Virus record (IMG/VR): IMGVR_UViG_3300030108_005139
Location: 1-64,000 of that record
Direction: 5' to 3' (one strand)
DNA: 64,000 nt
From: a virus
In this document: one piece after another, positions 37,017 through 47,251 of the stretch
How positions within the stretch are numbered: position 1 is the stretch's first letter
How the letters are laid out: each line of letters starts with the position of its first letter
Notes under the pieces: generated by a model
What the model saw: the letters and a program-made list of their open reading frames with translations, nothing else
Database searches by the model: none
Told to the model about the DNA's origin: nothing
Made by a program: the position numbers and the translations under genes

Positions 37017-40000
37017 CTATTCTTCATCAGATTTATTTTCAATAACCACTTCTGCATCCATTTTAACCAATTCAATCAATGAGAAGAAATCATATGGCCA
37101 ATTGTAAGAATAATTAAATTCAGATTTATCTTTTACAACACCCTTATCTCTGAGAAGTTCAAACTTAAAGCCCTCTTCCTTAATTGAGTCAGCCAACATT
37201 TCAAAATAATTATCTGACGCCCTTTGTTTGACTTTAAAAACCATCCACCTTAATGAGTCTTTTATCTCGCCCTGCATTAATTCATTTTCTAACAAATCGT
37301 GACTAACTACGACCGACTTAGCTTCAAACCTCCTACCAATGTCTGGGGGTAAATTCTGCCAAATATCAGTTAAGTCTTGTTTAGTCAGCGTATGCTCAAA
37401 CTCAAATATATACATCGCCACGGGATTAATTGTGGTGTTAGTAATAAAATCAAATTTTGGAGGAAACACATAATGTCTCACCTTATCAACCATATCTATT
37501 ATAGACTGCCCAACCTTAACTTCCTCTTTGTTCGCCCCTCTGAGAGACAACAAGGCTTGCTGTACCTGTTCTCTAGAAATACTAAAGAATTGTTTTACAC
37601 CATTATTTTCTACAAACGGGATAGCAACAACGGCCTCTCGAATAGTCTTTTCTTCCAACACTTGACCCAATTTAACTGGCGACTTATTGAATCCCATTAA
37701 ATCGGCCAATGAACCAGTCAATGACGGTATACTTTTCTCTTGCTCTGTTAAATCTTGTACTTCTAAATATATACCATCTGCTGTTGCTGGCTCTACTCCG
37801 TATTGATGCCACATCCCCCTTGCTATTGAACTAGACCCAACTGTTGGAGATGTTATCGAAACATTGGAAAAATCTAAAATAGGTGTTTCCCATTTTGGCT
37901 GAATAATCGCAACGCTTGGTGCAGCGGCATCATCCTCAACAAGTGTTGCTTGACCTGTGATGGGGTCGAATGTAGCCTTCTTCTCTCTTGCAATATCAAA
38001 TAAATTAATTGAAGAAGTAATCTGCATTTGATTTTTGTAAGCCGGGGTCCGGGCACCAGAACCAACGGTGAAATACTGCTCACCCACTCTAAAGAAACTC
38101 TGACTTAGATTACTAACAATCTCATCAATTGAATAATACTTTGAAGTCTCTGGAGTAAAAGTAAGTTCCACATCTGCATATCCGTCCATATAGGGTGGAG
38201 TGTGTGGCTCAAAACTTTCAGCACCACGAATATAGTCTGCACGAGTGGGTGGACCAAAGGCCGAACGTCTAGAGTACATAGTTATTGTTGGGTTTGTAAA
38301 GAAAGAACCCGTGAGAGTTATGTCTTGGCCCTTACTATTGTCTCTTGGAGCACTAGATTCTAGCTGTCCTCTTCTAGAAACCCTACCGTTTCTTAGAACA
38401 ACTCGCATCTTATATTCTTTACCCCTTTCAGCTTTAAAGTATTTTTTGTTGTCGTCTCTGGCTGAAATCAGACTTGTTACTCCCTGCTGCTTAAGGAAGA
38501 ATTTTGGAACCTCTGATACAAAATTATTCATTGCAACTTTGTATAGCGAGCCACCACTACCATCCCAAGACGCCGTAGAATTAATCCTAGCATCAGGATG
38601 AACTTCGCCATCTACTATTGATACACCTGCTAGGTGATTTTCAGGCAAGATTAAAGATTCAAAAGGCACTCGATAGCCATACGAAGAACTTACTCTATGG
38701 CTCGCTGTGTGATCATTAATAATTTCAGTTGCCGCCACATCAAACGAAGATGTCATTATAGGATAGTCAACGGCCAAGCCAGATTTAATTGAGTTGTATA
38801 GCACACCAGGTGCAAACATCGGAGTAAAGAAAGTTTTAAAACTTACCTGATTGCCGAAAGAATCCGCTGTTGTAGTGGCAGATTGATCCTTAAAATTAAC
38901 TCTTTCTGAATAAGATTGTGAAAACAGTGAGGCCAACTCAACAGTCCTAGAGGCAGGATAAAAGCCTTCATAAGGCAAGAATTTCATAACTGCATTGCAC
39001 TGAAGAGCGAACTTAGTCGGAGTGTGTCCTACTTCAGAGTGATCTTGTTTAATAACATCAAAGAACTTCATAAAGTCAGTGTTTGTATATACTTTATAGA
39101 AGTTGTCATTCTTGCTTGAAGTTAAGTTCCTGGCCGCACCAGTTAGTTCCAAGAAGTTATCATTATCAGCTAGGAAATTTCCAGCCTTAGTATTAAGGTA
39201 GAACTCCATATGTTCGCTTATTCTGAACTCTGGAATTATACTATAATCCTTGCCGTACCCTCTAAAGTCCTCTCTAAAATCATCATACGAATTATAGAAC
39301 GGCTCCTTACCACTTTGCGCGGCAGCTTCCCACAAAGTATCTCCTACTTTTTCATTTATTTCTTTGCCCGTATCATCTCTTTCTGGTACATACCTGGAAT
39401 ACAGCGGGCCAAAAATGTTAGTATTGGCAGTAGAGCCATTAAAAGGAGCATCAGAAACAATGCCTTGATCAATATTACTAAAACCAGAATGTGCGTAAGA
39501 ACTTACCGAAGCAGACAAATTACCAACATAATGCAATTCATTGCTAACAGTATCTTGTATGTTGCCAGAAAGTTGTGATAGTGGCCCATCATTTTCGTGT
39601 TCCCCCATTCTATAGTGAGATAAAACAGTAAGATTCCCAGCACCGGAGCTTGACAAGGTGGTGTTGGTTACATCTATTGGGTTTCCATTGTTATATAAAG
39701 TGGTTATAACGGAGTCGTTCCATTGCCCAGAACCAGTGTCATATATTGAACCGGTAAAGAAAGTTAATTCATCAATAAGCCCCTTGTATCCTATTGTAGC
39801 AGTTTGAGTAGAAAATGTTCCAGTGCTATCCGGTGGGTTTCCTCCAACAACAACAAAAGAGCCAAAACTATTTGATAACCCTTTACCAGCGTTTGTTGAA
39901 CCAATCGCTCGACGCTCTCCGTCTACATAAAGGCTCATACTGTGTTCTGTTAAGCCATCGTGATACCAGGCTAAAGCGACGTGGTGCCAACTATCGTTAC

Positions 40001-43000
40001 TTACAATATGATTATCGCTAGTAATTTCTATATTAGCAAGAGCCCAATGATCTCTGTCTATATTAGCAAACTCGTCTTGGTACCATCTAAGGTATAAAAG
40101 ATCAGTTGAGTCAATTGTTGTAGACTGTGTAAGCCACTGCCCTCCAACAAAATCTGGATTTGTACCATTAATACCATCACCGAAACCAAGGTGAGTGATA
40201 GCTGTTGTCCAAGTGGTCCCGTCAGGACTATACTGGAAGTACAATGAATCGAGGCCACCACTGTTAACGGTGTCAAATTCTGGCCTTTCTAGTGCGAGCC
40301 CAGAAGGATCATATACGGTAGCATAATCAGTTCCTGTTCCGCCAGCAATGTAACTGTATTTAACAGTTAACGGCCCCTGATATCGATGTATCGTTTCAAG
40401 GAAACGATCTGCACCGCTTCCATCCGAAGTTGCAAGTGCATTGTCACCAGAACCAGACAGCACATAGGCGAAGGTTTTGGCTGTCGCATCTCGCTTGATA
40501 GCATCCTCGCTTCCCCTACCAGATGAGCCTGTCCAAAAATTAGGATTAACTGGGCCACTGGACGTTCCAAAATTATCATTCACAACTTTTTGAAAAGCAA
40601 TCTCTTCAACCTTGTCACCTCGTGATGATCCTATATTTGCAAATATATTATTCTGTTCTAGACGAATATCATAATGCATTTTCTCAGCAAGAGAGCCACC
40701 AGTATCTTTTCGACCCCTGGAGACAAAACTAGCTGACGAGTTAATTGACGAATCACTTTCAGAAGCTTTAAACCAGAAAGATATTACCGACGAAGATAGA
40801 TAACCAAGATTTAAAGTATTGGAAGAATGTGCCTGAGATGCTGACAGATAAGATCTCCTGCCGAACTTAACAGATTTTGTGCTAATTGTTGATGAGCCTA
40901 GATTCTGACCATTATGAAAATGAGTGTATCCATTTTGAAGCTCTCCAGCACCTGAACCAGTTGCAGGTATGTCAAGCTCCTCTTGTGTGACTGAGACAAA
41001 ATTATCTCTTGCATCTAGTGGCCATATACTTTGTTTGGTAACGGTAAATCCCATAGAACTTACCTTGTTAGTTTCGTTTCTTGAGTTTCTTCTAGATTTC
41101 CACTCAGGGTGATCAAAAGTTAATCGACCCCTTGAGCCTGAAAGATAAGTGTTTTCTGGTTGAGGAAACACTGTCTCTCTATAAGAAAGATAGTTAAACC
41201 TATTAACAGCATTCTCTTCATTGGTGTCTAAATATAGTTCTGTTAAATCATCATAAGGGCCTCTTGCGGCGTTCTTAATCTTTAAGATGAAATTAATTTC
41301 ATCAGTTGCAAACATCTCTTTTTTATTTGCAAATGTATATTTTAAAGCTGATTCTACAGTTGGTACTTTTGGATTTTTTGAACCTATATCAAATGGATCT
41401 ACTAAATTATCTGTTTCTAAAATATGCACAACTGGCTTATATTTTGACGTGACGGGGGGATCAATAAAGTGCCGCAGCTTACCACCCCTTCTTTGAGCAG
41501 TTACTGACTCTGATTCTTCTTTTGTAAAAACCTCGCTCGATGGTGTCAAGAGAGAGAGGATATTTTTCTTTCTTTGATATCTAATAATTTGATTATCACC
41601 ACCTCTAATTTGTTTCCACGAAGGGTGTTGGTATGGTCCGTGGCGAAGAAGAGCAATACCGTGAATTGCCTCTGGTATGTTTGTAACCCCTCCCAAGCCA
41701 CTAACATACCCACTCGGAAAATTAGAAGAACTCAACAAATTTTTATTAGAGTGAACTTCATCAACAAGATAGGTGTTGTGTGCAGCAAACGGAACTGTCA
41801 CACCATCAGCGTTGGTTACTTGGCTTTCATTAACAAAATTATAAGCCGCAACCACACCCTCAACAGAAGAGGATACAAGTCCGTCTGCAGGCGCGTGACC
41901 AAAAGTCTCTGCTTTTGAGGGATATGATGAGAAAGAGGCCGTCAACCAAGTATATTGTAAATCACTTTGAGGGATTGGATGCTGTACCCAATAGTTATCA
42001 TATACGGAAGCAGTTATTACTGTTCCCAAATCACCAACTAATTCATTTGAATATTCTATTCTTCTTCGAATATTGCTTGGAGTCTTATGAAAAGAGGCCG
42101 TTGCTCCATATCCATCCACTCTAATTGAACCATATTGGCTATCCACACCAAATTTGCCCTGGTGTCGTGTTAAGAGGGTTTGAAGCCCTTCTCGGATCCC
42201 GCCACCCAAAATGTTAGCACGAATAGAATGCGACTCACCACTTCCACTACTACGAACAGAAAGATTCCTGTAGGGAAGAGCATTATAAACTGAATGTTCT
42301 TCTGCGATTATATCCAAATAACCCCGAGACATAACTTCTGCACCACCCGGAGCAGAAAAACGACTCACAATGACAGAATCGGAGCCGGTCAAATCAAGAC
42401 GAGGCAGGCTGAAGATAGTTTCAAGGCCAGCATCTGCACTAAATCGAGGCGACAAAAACGCCCCTTCACTATCAATATAGGGACCAAAATAATTACCACC
42501 ATTAAGATCTCCGTGCTCACTTTGGTCTACACTTATAAGAGTGTGTACATTGGTTGTTTTTGGAAGATCGACAGCATATCTGGGTGGTAAACTAACTCCA
42601 CCATTTTCTTTAAAATATGCGTTGTTTTCTGTTCGGCCAACAGTTTGTACATATTCTATACTACTAGAGTAGTTACCCAAGACAGTGTTGGTGTTGCGAA
42701 TGTTGGTAATATTAACAGGGCTTTTAGCTGTTAAGCCTCTAAAATATCTCGCCCTTGGAACCTCACTATCATATTGACCAGTCGTGGTATATGTTGGACC
42801 CACTATGCCTAAAGCAGCATCACCATCTCTGAGAGAGCCTAATAAAATATAATATGACTCTGGTCTATTTCTTTGATCGTCAACGTTGTTTCTAGTAGAT
42901 TTGTTCTCATCATATCTATTAATTTCTATGTGTCGATGCTGCATACCACCGACGTGCCTTTCCGTAAATGGACCCTGCATCGGGGTCTCGTTTTCTAGCC

Positions 43001-46000
43001 CATAAGAATCAAAGTGAATGTTTGTAAAATCCATACCATCTTTGAAATTTTCAACAATATGCTTATTGTATCCACCAGTCACTGGGATTTTGTGTTGATA
43101 TAAATTGAACGGTACAACCGTGTCTCCCTTGAGAATGTTGTAGTCATATGAGTTGGCTAACTTAATTTCTGAGTTGTCGTAAGCTAAATACCTATATTTT
43201 CTTTTGTTTAGCTCGTCAGGGAAAGTAACATCGCGAGTATCTATAAACTCGTCTATATCCTTCCTAAGAACTAGCACAAAATTATTTGAAGCAGTAAGAC
43301 TATATGGGCCAATCGTAAAAGTAGTTGTTGGACCAAAATCAGTCGTTGCAAGGTTTACATATCTAGTTTTTTTATTTCTTGCAAAGTTAACACCACCGTG
43401 GATGGGAGTTTGAGCCTGAAACCCTAATGATAAAACTGCTCCTCTATTTTTAAGACTACCCACACTAGGTGACGAAGCGGACAATATCTTGTCTCTATCG
43501 CTATCAACAGCGGCATCGCCTGAAGTAATTGACGGGTGTGACCTTTCAGCCCTAGTCATCCACCAAGTAGAACTTCTATCTTGTGGCATCGGACTTTCAG
43601 GAGGTGGTGGCTGTGACACCTTATAGCCGCCGAAGCCGTCTCTAATTGCCGTTCTTTGAGCAGTCTTAATTGCCAACGTTGAAACACCACCTGAGTCTTT
43701 TAATGGATCGGGATCCGGCTTTATTTCAGGTGTTGGTTTTCCTGGTGATTTACCTGGGATTGCTGTCAAATCAGCAGAAGAGTTTCTTTGAACTAATCTT
43801 GGAATCTTATTAAAGTGCTTGTTGCGCTCTAAAATGTGACTTTCAACCATAGTCCTAAGATTATCAGAAAAGTTAGAAGTCGCTGGCATTAACTGATTGA
43901 TAATTGTTGTAATTGAATGGTCAATCCATTTGTAATAATCAACGTATTTATCTAGGTCAGGCGTGTTCTTGATCCTCTCAAAGAATAGCTGCCTTAGCTT
44001 TGACAAGTCTTTATATTCAGGTCGATACCTGTTTACTGTCTCACCAATTAAATTATTGAAATCAACAATTGTAGCAAACATACTAATCATTTCTTCCGAA
44101 ATGGTTTGATACATACTTTTTTCTACTGCAAAAAAGAACTGCGTGGGTCGGCTCTCTCTAGTGAATGTAGGATCATCTTCGTCAACTATATTAATCATAT
44201 CACTACCAACAACCAACTCAGGCAGCAGTTGTTTGGCAGTGTGCATATATTCTTTGGTTACAGACTTGCTATTGTTCGCAGGGAAAAATTGCCCATAACC
44301 AGGATAGTTTCTCTTCGTTATAGATCCAACATCACCGTATCTCTCATTAGCTAAGGTGGTGGAACCAGAGGAAAAGTCTTGAACAAAGAAATTGCCATTT
44401 TGATCAGACCCAGTGATATTCTGGAAATCCCAAAATAAACCAAGAGATTCTATTGCAGGAGTGTAAACGTTATTTGCTCCAGTGTGAAACAATGACAAGT
44501 TTCTATATGGATTTTTAAGTCCATAATTTGTAACATCTTTTGCGTGTGCTTTGATTGTATCATTGTCTAGATAATTTAACCAAAACCTTAATGAGGAGGC
44601 TTTAACATCAGTTGGTGTAATAACAGAACCTGTAAAGTTAGTCCTGTGTGCGCCCACATACATCCTCTTGTTTGCCTGTATAAAAGGTTCTGCTAGTTCA
44701 GAATCTACAGACGCAGTGACTAAAAACTCATTAACTACCTCATCAAGAATAGTGTTAACACCATAAAATTCAACAACAAAGTTTTCAGTACTAGTTGGTG
44801 TCGCATAACTACCAGTTGCACCAACCACTGCATTAATTTGTTTATGCTTATCGTGCCTTAACCTAACAGCAAAATTCCATTTGGTGTCATCATAAACATC
44901 ACTGTATACGCTACTAGTTAAAGCCGGAAAAACTGGCTGTGAGCCAAAATAGGCAACAGAAGACGGCGTAGACGATGTAAGCATAAAATATGCATCTTTT
45001 GTATCTAAGTCGCTATCAAAAGAGCTTGATCTAATTGCATACACTTGAAAGTTAGAGGTATCAGTATCCTCCCAAGTCATATCAGTGCCAGTGGGACCAG
45101 TTATTGGTTCGTGGGCACCAAAAAGAGACGAGGAAAAGAAAGTGGTGTTGAAGTATCCTTCGTCAGATCGCTTTCTCTTTTTTGGAAAAATAAATTCTGC
45201 TTCAAAAGTGCAGGATACGTCTTCTAGATTGTTTGAACCAACAATGTAACCATATTCTGAGCCGCTGGGGTATTGGTATACTGTCGCGTCAAACCTATTT
45301 GGTTCATTAAAGTTAACAAAACTTTTCCTTACAACCGTTGATCTGTAATTGTCGTCCAACTTGTGAAGCGCGTTTTGACCATAAATATTAAATTTCAGTA
45401 TTTCATCATCGATACCAAAACATCGAACAAGGTTCCGAAAAGATTTTTCAGTTCCCTTTGTCTTATAAATGTAAGCTAAATTGTTGTAAATATTGTGATA
45501 TATTAAATTTTTAATATCACTAAGTTCTTGTTCAAACTCAAGTTTCTCATTGCGATTAGCAAGCTTTTCAATTATCTCAGTGTCAATAAAAAGTTCTGGA
45601 GTTGACAGGCCCAACCCTTCCAATAGTCTACCTGCAAATGGTAAAGGTTTAGCACTTGAACTAACACTAGCGCTTGTATAAGTAGAATATGTTGCTTCTC
45701 GCAAAGTCGAAAGTGATTGAATTTGCAAATGAAGAGAGTCAAAATAACTAGCTAGTATTTGAGTTAGGTTTCTAATTTCACCTTTGTTGTCTAAATCGTC
45801 ATCAACAACCCAACGAGGCAACATATTGTAAAGTGCTGCATTGTTTCGAGTGTCGTAAGTTAATCCAATTTGTTTTTTATCAGTTAAAAAACTATCAACA
45901 TCTGGATGGAACGAATATACAATGGGATCCTTAAATTCTGTTTTTGCTGCACTAGCGGACACAATAGCCGATCCCATCCCTCTAGCTGTTGAAGAATATC

Positions 46001-47249
46001 CAACCCAGTTTCCATTTGAAAAACGTCCCGAATAATCCAACACAGTTGAATCTATAGTGTCTTTAGTGGTGACCCCCTCATTAAATTTAAAATACACTCC
46101 CAAATCAAGTGGGTTTGATTCATTGTATTTGTTAAAATCTGTATTTGATCCGCCGTCTACTTGAGTAAACCAATAACGACCAACTTGTTCAGGTGTCCTA
46201 CTTGTCTTCCAATATCTAAACTCATCTAACGAACCAGATAATTTACCCCAACCAGCACTAATAACGCCGCTATAATCAGAATGCTTTGATGCTGATGGTG
46301 CGGTTATTAAAGAACCAATATGTGCTTTAAGGCCACCGGTAACTTCGTTTAGTGGGGAATTACCAAACTGAGATACTTGGTTAAGATCGCCATTGACATA
46401 TAATGATGCAGTTACATTATTGTTACCATTGATAAAAGAAAACGCATAATGATTCCAGTCTTTTACAGAGGACTGCGTTAAACCATCACCAATTGAAGAA
46501 GTAGCAAAACCACTAGTACCAGACATAGCAGTGATTAAGAAGGGATTAGAATTGGTTGGCGTACCAGCTAATTCAATTCTTAAACGACCGTAATCGGCAC
46601 TAGAAGATACTTGCCCGTTCCAAAGATCAAATATTACTTCCCTTTCAGTATTGTTCGATGTGTCAAAAGCCTCTTTTCGAAGCCAAAATTCTACTGTAAC
46701 GCCAGTGTTTAAGTTAAATTCAAGATTAGATTGTCTATTGCTAAGAGCATCATAGACATTCGATCCGGTGAACCCAACCTGAATTTTATCCATATTGGAA
46801 CCAGTGTGGGGGCCACCAATTATTTGAATGTATTCTACTGAGTTGGTTTCTCCGTACCCAGTAGCAGAATTTATATTTTTAGCACTATTAAAACCATCAG
46901 CAGAAAAAATAGCATACCCATTAACCCTGGGGTATTCATTTTCAAATATATGCCTATCAATATAGGAGGAAGAATTGTGCCACTCTAGCTTTTCACGCCT
47001 GGATCCGTCATAAGGATACGTTTCATAAATCCTCTTAATGGCGTCTTCATAATATTTTTCAGCTAATCCATATTTAGCAAAATTAGCAGGATCAGTATAA
47101 TCAACAGCAGGTATAAACCGCTCTTTGGCAGCTTCAAACTCTCTAACAAAATCACTAGATTCCCCTACTTCTCTTGCAACTTCATCAGAACTTTTCAATG
47201 AGGAAATTTTAAACGATTTCCTGTTTTTAAAAAGGTCTTTGAGACTCAT
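37017..47249 (-). CDS. giant baseplate/tail protein (3410 aa) with LamG/concanavalin-like domains
   Basis: TVEFW..WNHYA..LYVNG..LDEFRYW and ISFWFK..WHHVA..LYVDG..IDELTFF repeats; IYKTKGT wedge-type motif. Confidence 0.8.
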   Translation of the reverse strand: MSLKDLFKNRKSFKISSLKSSDEVAREVGESSDFVREFEAAKERFIPAVDYTDPANFAKYGLAEKYYEDAIKRIYETYPYDGSRREKLEWHNSSSYIDRHIFENEYPRVNGYAIFSADGFNSAKNINSATGYGETNSVEYIQIIGGPHTGSNMDKIQVGFTGSNVYDALSNRQSNLEFNLNTGVTVEFWLRKEAFDTSNNTEREVIFDLWNGQVSSSADYGRLRIELAGTPTNSNPFLITAMSGTSGFATSSIGDGLTQSSVKDWNHYAFSFINGNNNVTASLYVNGDLNQVSQFGNSPLNEVTGGLKAHIGSLITAPSASKHSDYSGVISAGWGKLSGSLDEFRYWKTSRTPEQVGRYWFTQVDGGSNTDFNKYNESNPLDLGVYFKFNEGVTTKDTIDSTVLDYSGRFSNGNWVGYSSTARGMGSAIVSASAAKTEFKDPIVYSFHPDVDSFLTDKKQIGLTYDTRNNAALYNMLPRWVVDDDLDNKGEIRNLTQILASYFDSLHLQIQSLSTLREATYSTYTSASVSSSAKPLPFAGRLLEGLGLSTPELFIDTEIIEKLANRNEKLEFEQELSDIKNLIYHNIYNNLAYIYKTKGTEKSFRNLVRCFGIDDEILKFNIYGQNALHKLDDNYRSTVVRKSFVNFNEPNRFDATVYQYPSGSEYGYIVGSNNLEDVSCTFEAEFIFPKKRKRSDEGYFNTTFFSSSLFGAHEPITGPTGTDMTWEDTDTSNFQVYAIRSSSFDSDLDTKDAYFMLTSSTPSSVAYFGSQPVFPALTSSVYSDVYDDTKWNFAVRLRHDKHKQINAVVGATGSYATPTSTENFVVEFYGVNTILDEVVNEFLVTASVDSELAEPFIQANKRMYVGAHRTNFTGSVITPTDVKASSLRFWLNYLDNDTIKAHAKDVTNYGLKNPYRNLSLFHTGANNVYTPAIESLGLFWDFQNITGSDQNGNFFVQDFSSGSTTLANERYGDVGSITKRNYPGYGQFFPANNSKSVTKEYMHTAKQLLPELVVGSDMINIVDEDDPTFTRESRPTQFFFAVEKSMYQTISEEMISMFATIVDFNNLIGETVNRYRPEYKDLSKLRQLFFERIKNTPDLDKYVDYYKWIDHSITTIINQLMPATSNFSDNLRTMVESHILERNKHFNKIPRLVQRNSSADLTAIPGKSPGKPTPEIKPDPDPLKDSGGVSTLAIKTAQRTAIRDGFGGYKVSQPPPPESPMPQDRSSTWWMTRAERSHPSITSGDAAVDSDRDKILSASSPSVGSLKNRGAVLSLGFQAQTPIHGGVNFARNKKTRYVNLATTDFGPTTTFTIGPYSLTASNNFVLVLRKDIDEFIDTRDVTFPDELNKRKYRYLAYDNSEIKLANSYDYNILKGDTVVPFNLYQHKIPVTGGYNKHIVENFKDGMDFTNIHFDSYGLENETPMQGPFTERHVGGMQHRHIEINRYDENKSTRNNVDDQRNRPESYYILLGSLRDGDAALGIVGPTYTTTGQYDSEVPRARYFRGLTAKSPVNITNIRNTNTVLGNYSSSIEYVQTVGRTENNAYFKENGGVSLPPRYAVDLPKTTNVHTLISVDQSEHGDLNGGNYFGPYIDSEGAFLSPRFSADAGLETIFSLPRLDLTGSDSVIVSRFSAPGGAEVMSRGYLDIIAEEHSVYNALPYRNLSVRSSGSGESHSIRANILGGGIREGLQTLLTRHQGKFGVDSQYGSIRVDGYGATASFHKTPSNIRRRIEYSNELVGDLGTVITASVYDNYWVQHPIPQSDLQYTWLTASFSSYPSKAETFGHAPADGLVSSSVEGVVAAYNFVNESQVTNADGVTVPFAAHNTYLVDEVHSNKNLLSSSNFPSGYVSGLGGVTNIPEAIHGIALLRHGPYQHPSWKQIRGGDNQIIRYQRKKNILSLLTPSSEVFTKEESESVTAQRRGGKLRHFIDPPVTSKYKPVVHILETDNLVDPFDIGSKNPKVPTVESALKYTFANKKEMFATDEINFILKIKNAARGPYDDLTELYLDTNEENAVNRFNYLSYRETVFPQPENTYLSGSRGRLTFDHPEWKSRRNSRNETNKVSSMGFTVTKQSIWPLDARDNFVSVTQEELDIPATGSGAGELQNGYTHFHNGQNLGSSTISTKSVKFGRRSYLSASQAHSSNTLNLGYLSSSVISFWFKASESDSSINSSASFVSRGRKDTGGSLAEKMHYDIRLEQNNIFANIGSSRGDKVEEIAFQKVVNDNFGTSSGPVNPNFWTGSSGRGSEDAIKRDATAKTFAYVLSGSGDNALATSDGSGADRFLETIHRYQGPLTVKYSYIAGGTGTDYATVYDPSGLALERPEFDTVNSGGLDSLYFQYSPDGTTWTTAITHLGFGDGINGTNPDFVGGQWLTQSTTIDSTDLLYLRWYQDEFANIDRDHWALANIEITSDNHIVSNDSWHHVALAWYHDGLTEHSMSLYVDGERRAIGSTNAGKGLSNSFGSFVVVGGNPPDSTGTFSTQTATIGYKGLIDELTFFTGSIYDTGSGQWNDSVITTLYNNGNPIDVTNTTLSSSGAGNLTVLSHYRMGEHENDGPLSQLSGNIQDTVSNELHYVGNLSASVSSYAHSGFSNIDQGIVSDAPFNGSTANTNIFGPLYSRYVPERDDTGKEINEKVGDTLWEAAAQSGKEPFYNSYDDFREDFRGYGKDYSIIPEFRISEHMEFYLNTKAGNFLADNDNFLELTGAARNLTSSKNDNFYKVYTNTDFMKFFDVIKQDHSEVGHTPTKFALQCNAVMKFLPYEGFYPASRTVELASLFSQSYSERVNFKDQSATTTADSFGNQVSFKTFFTPMFAPGVLYNSIKSGLAVDYPIMTSSFDVAATEIINDHTASHRVSSSYGYRVPFESLILPENHLAGVSIVDGEVHPDARINSTASWDGSGGSLYKVAMNNFVSEVPKFFLKQQGVTSLISARDDNKKYFKAERGKEYKMRVVLRNGRVSRRGQLESSAPRDNSKGQDITLTGSFFTNPTITMYSRRSAFGPPTRADYIRGAESFEPHTPPYMDGYADVELTFTPETSKYYSIDEIVSNLSQSFFRVGEQYFTVGSGARTPAYKNQMQITSSINLFDIAREKKATFDPITGQATLVEDDAAAPSVAIIQPKWETPILDFSNVSITSPTVGSSSIARGMWHQYGVEPATADGIYLEVQDLTEQEKSIPSLTGSLADLMGFNKSPVKLGQVLEEKTIREAVVAIPFVENNGVKQFFSISREQVQQALLSLRGANKEEVKVGQSIIDMVDKVRHYVFPPKFDFITNTTINPVAMYIFEFEHTLTKQDLTDIWQNLPPDIGRRFEAKSVVVSHDLLENELMQGEIKDSLRWMVFKVKQRASDNYFEMLADSIKEEGFKFELLRDKGVVKDKSEFNYSYNWPYDFFSLIELVKMDAEVVIENKSDEE

Positions 47250-47251
47250 TT

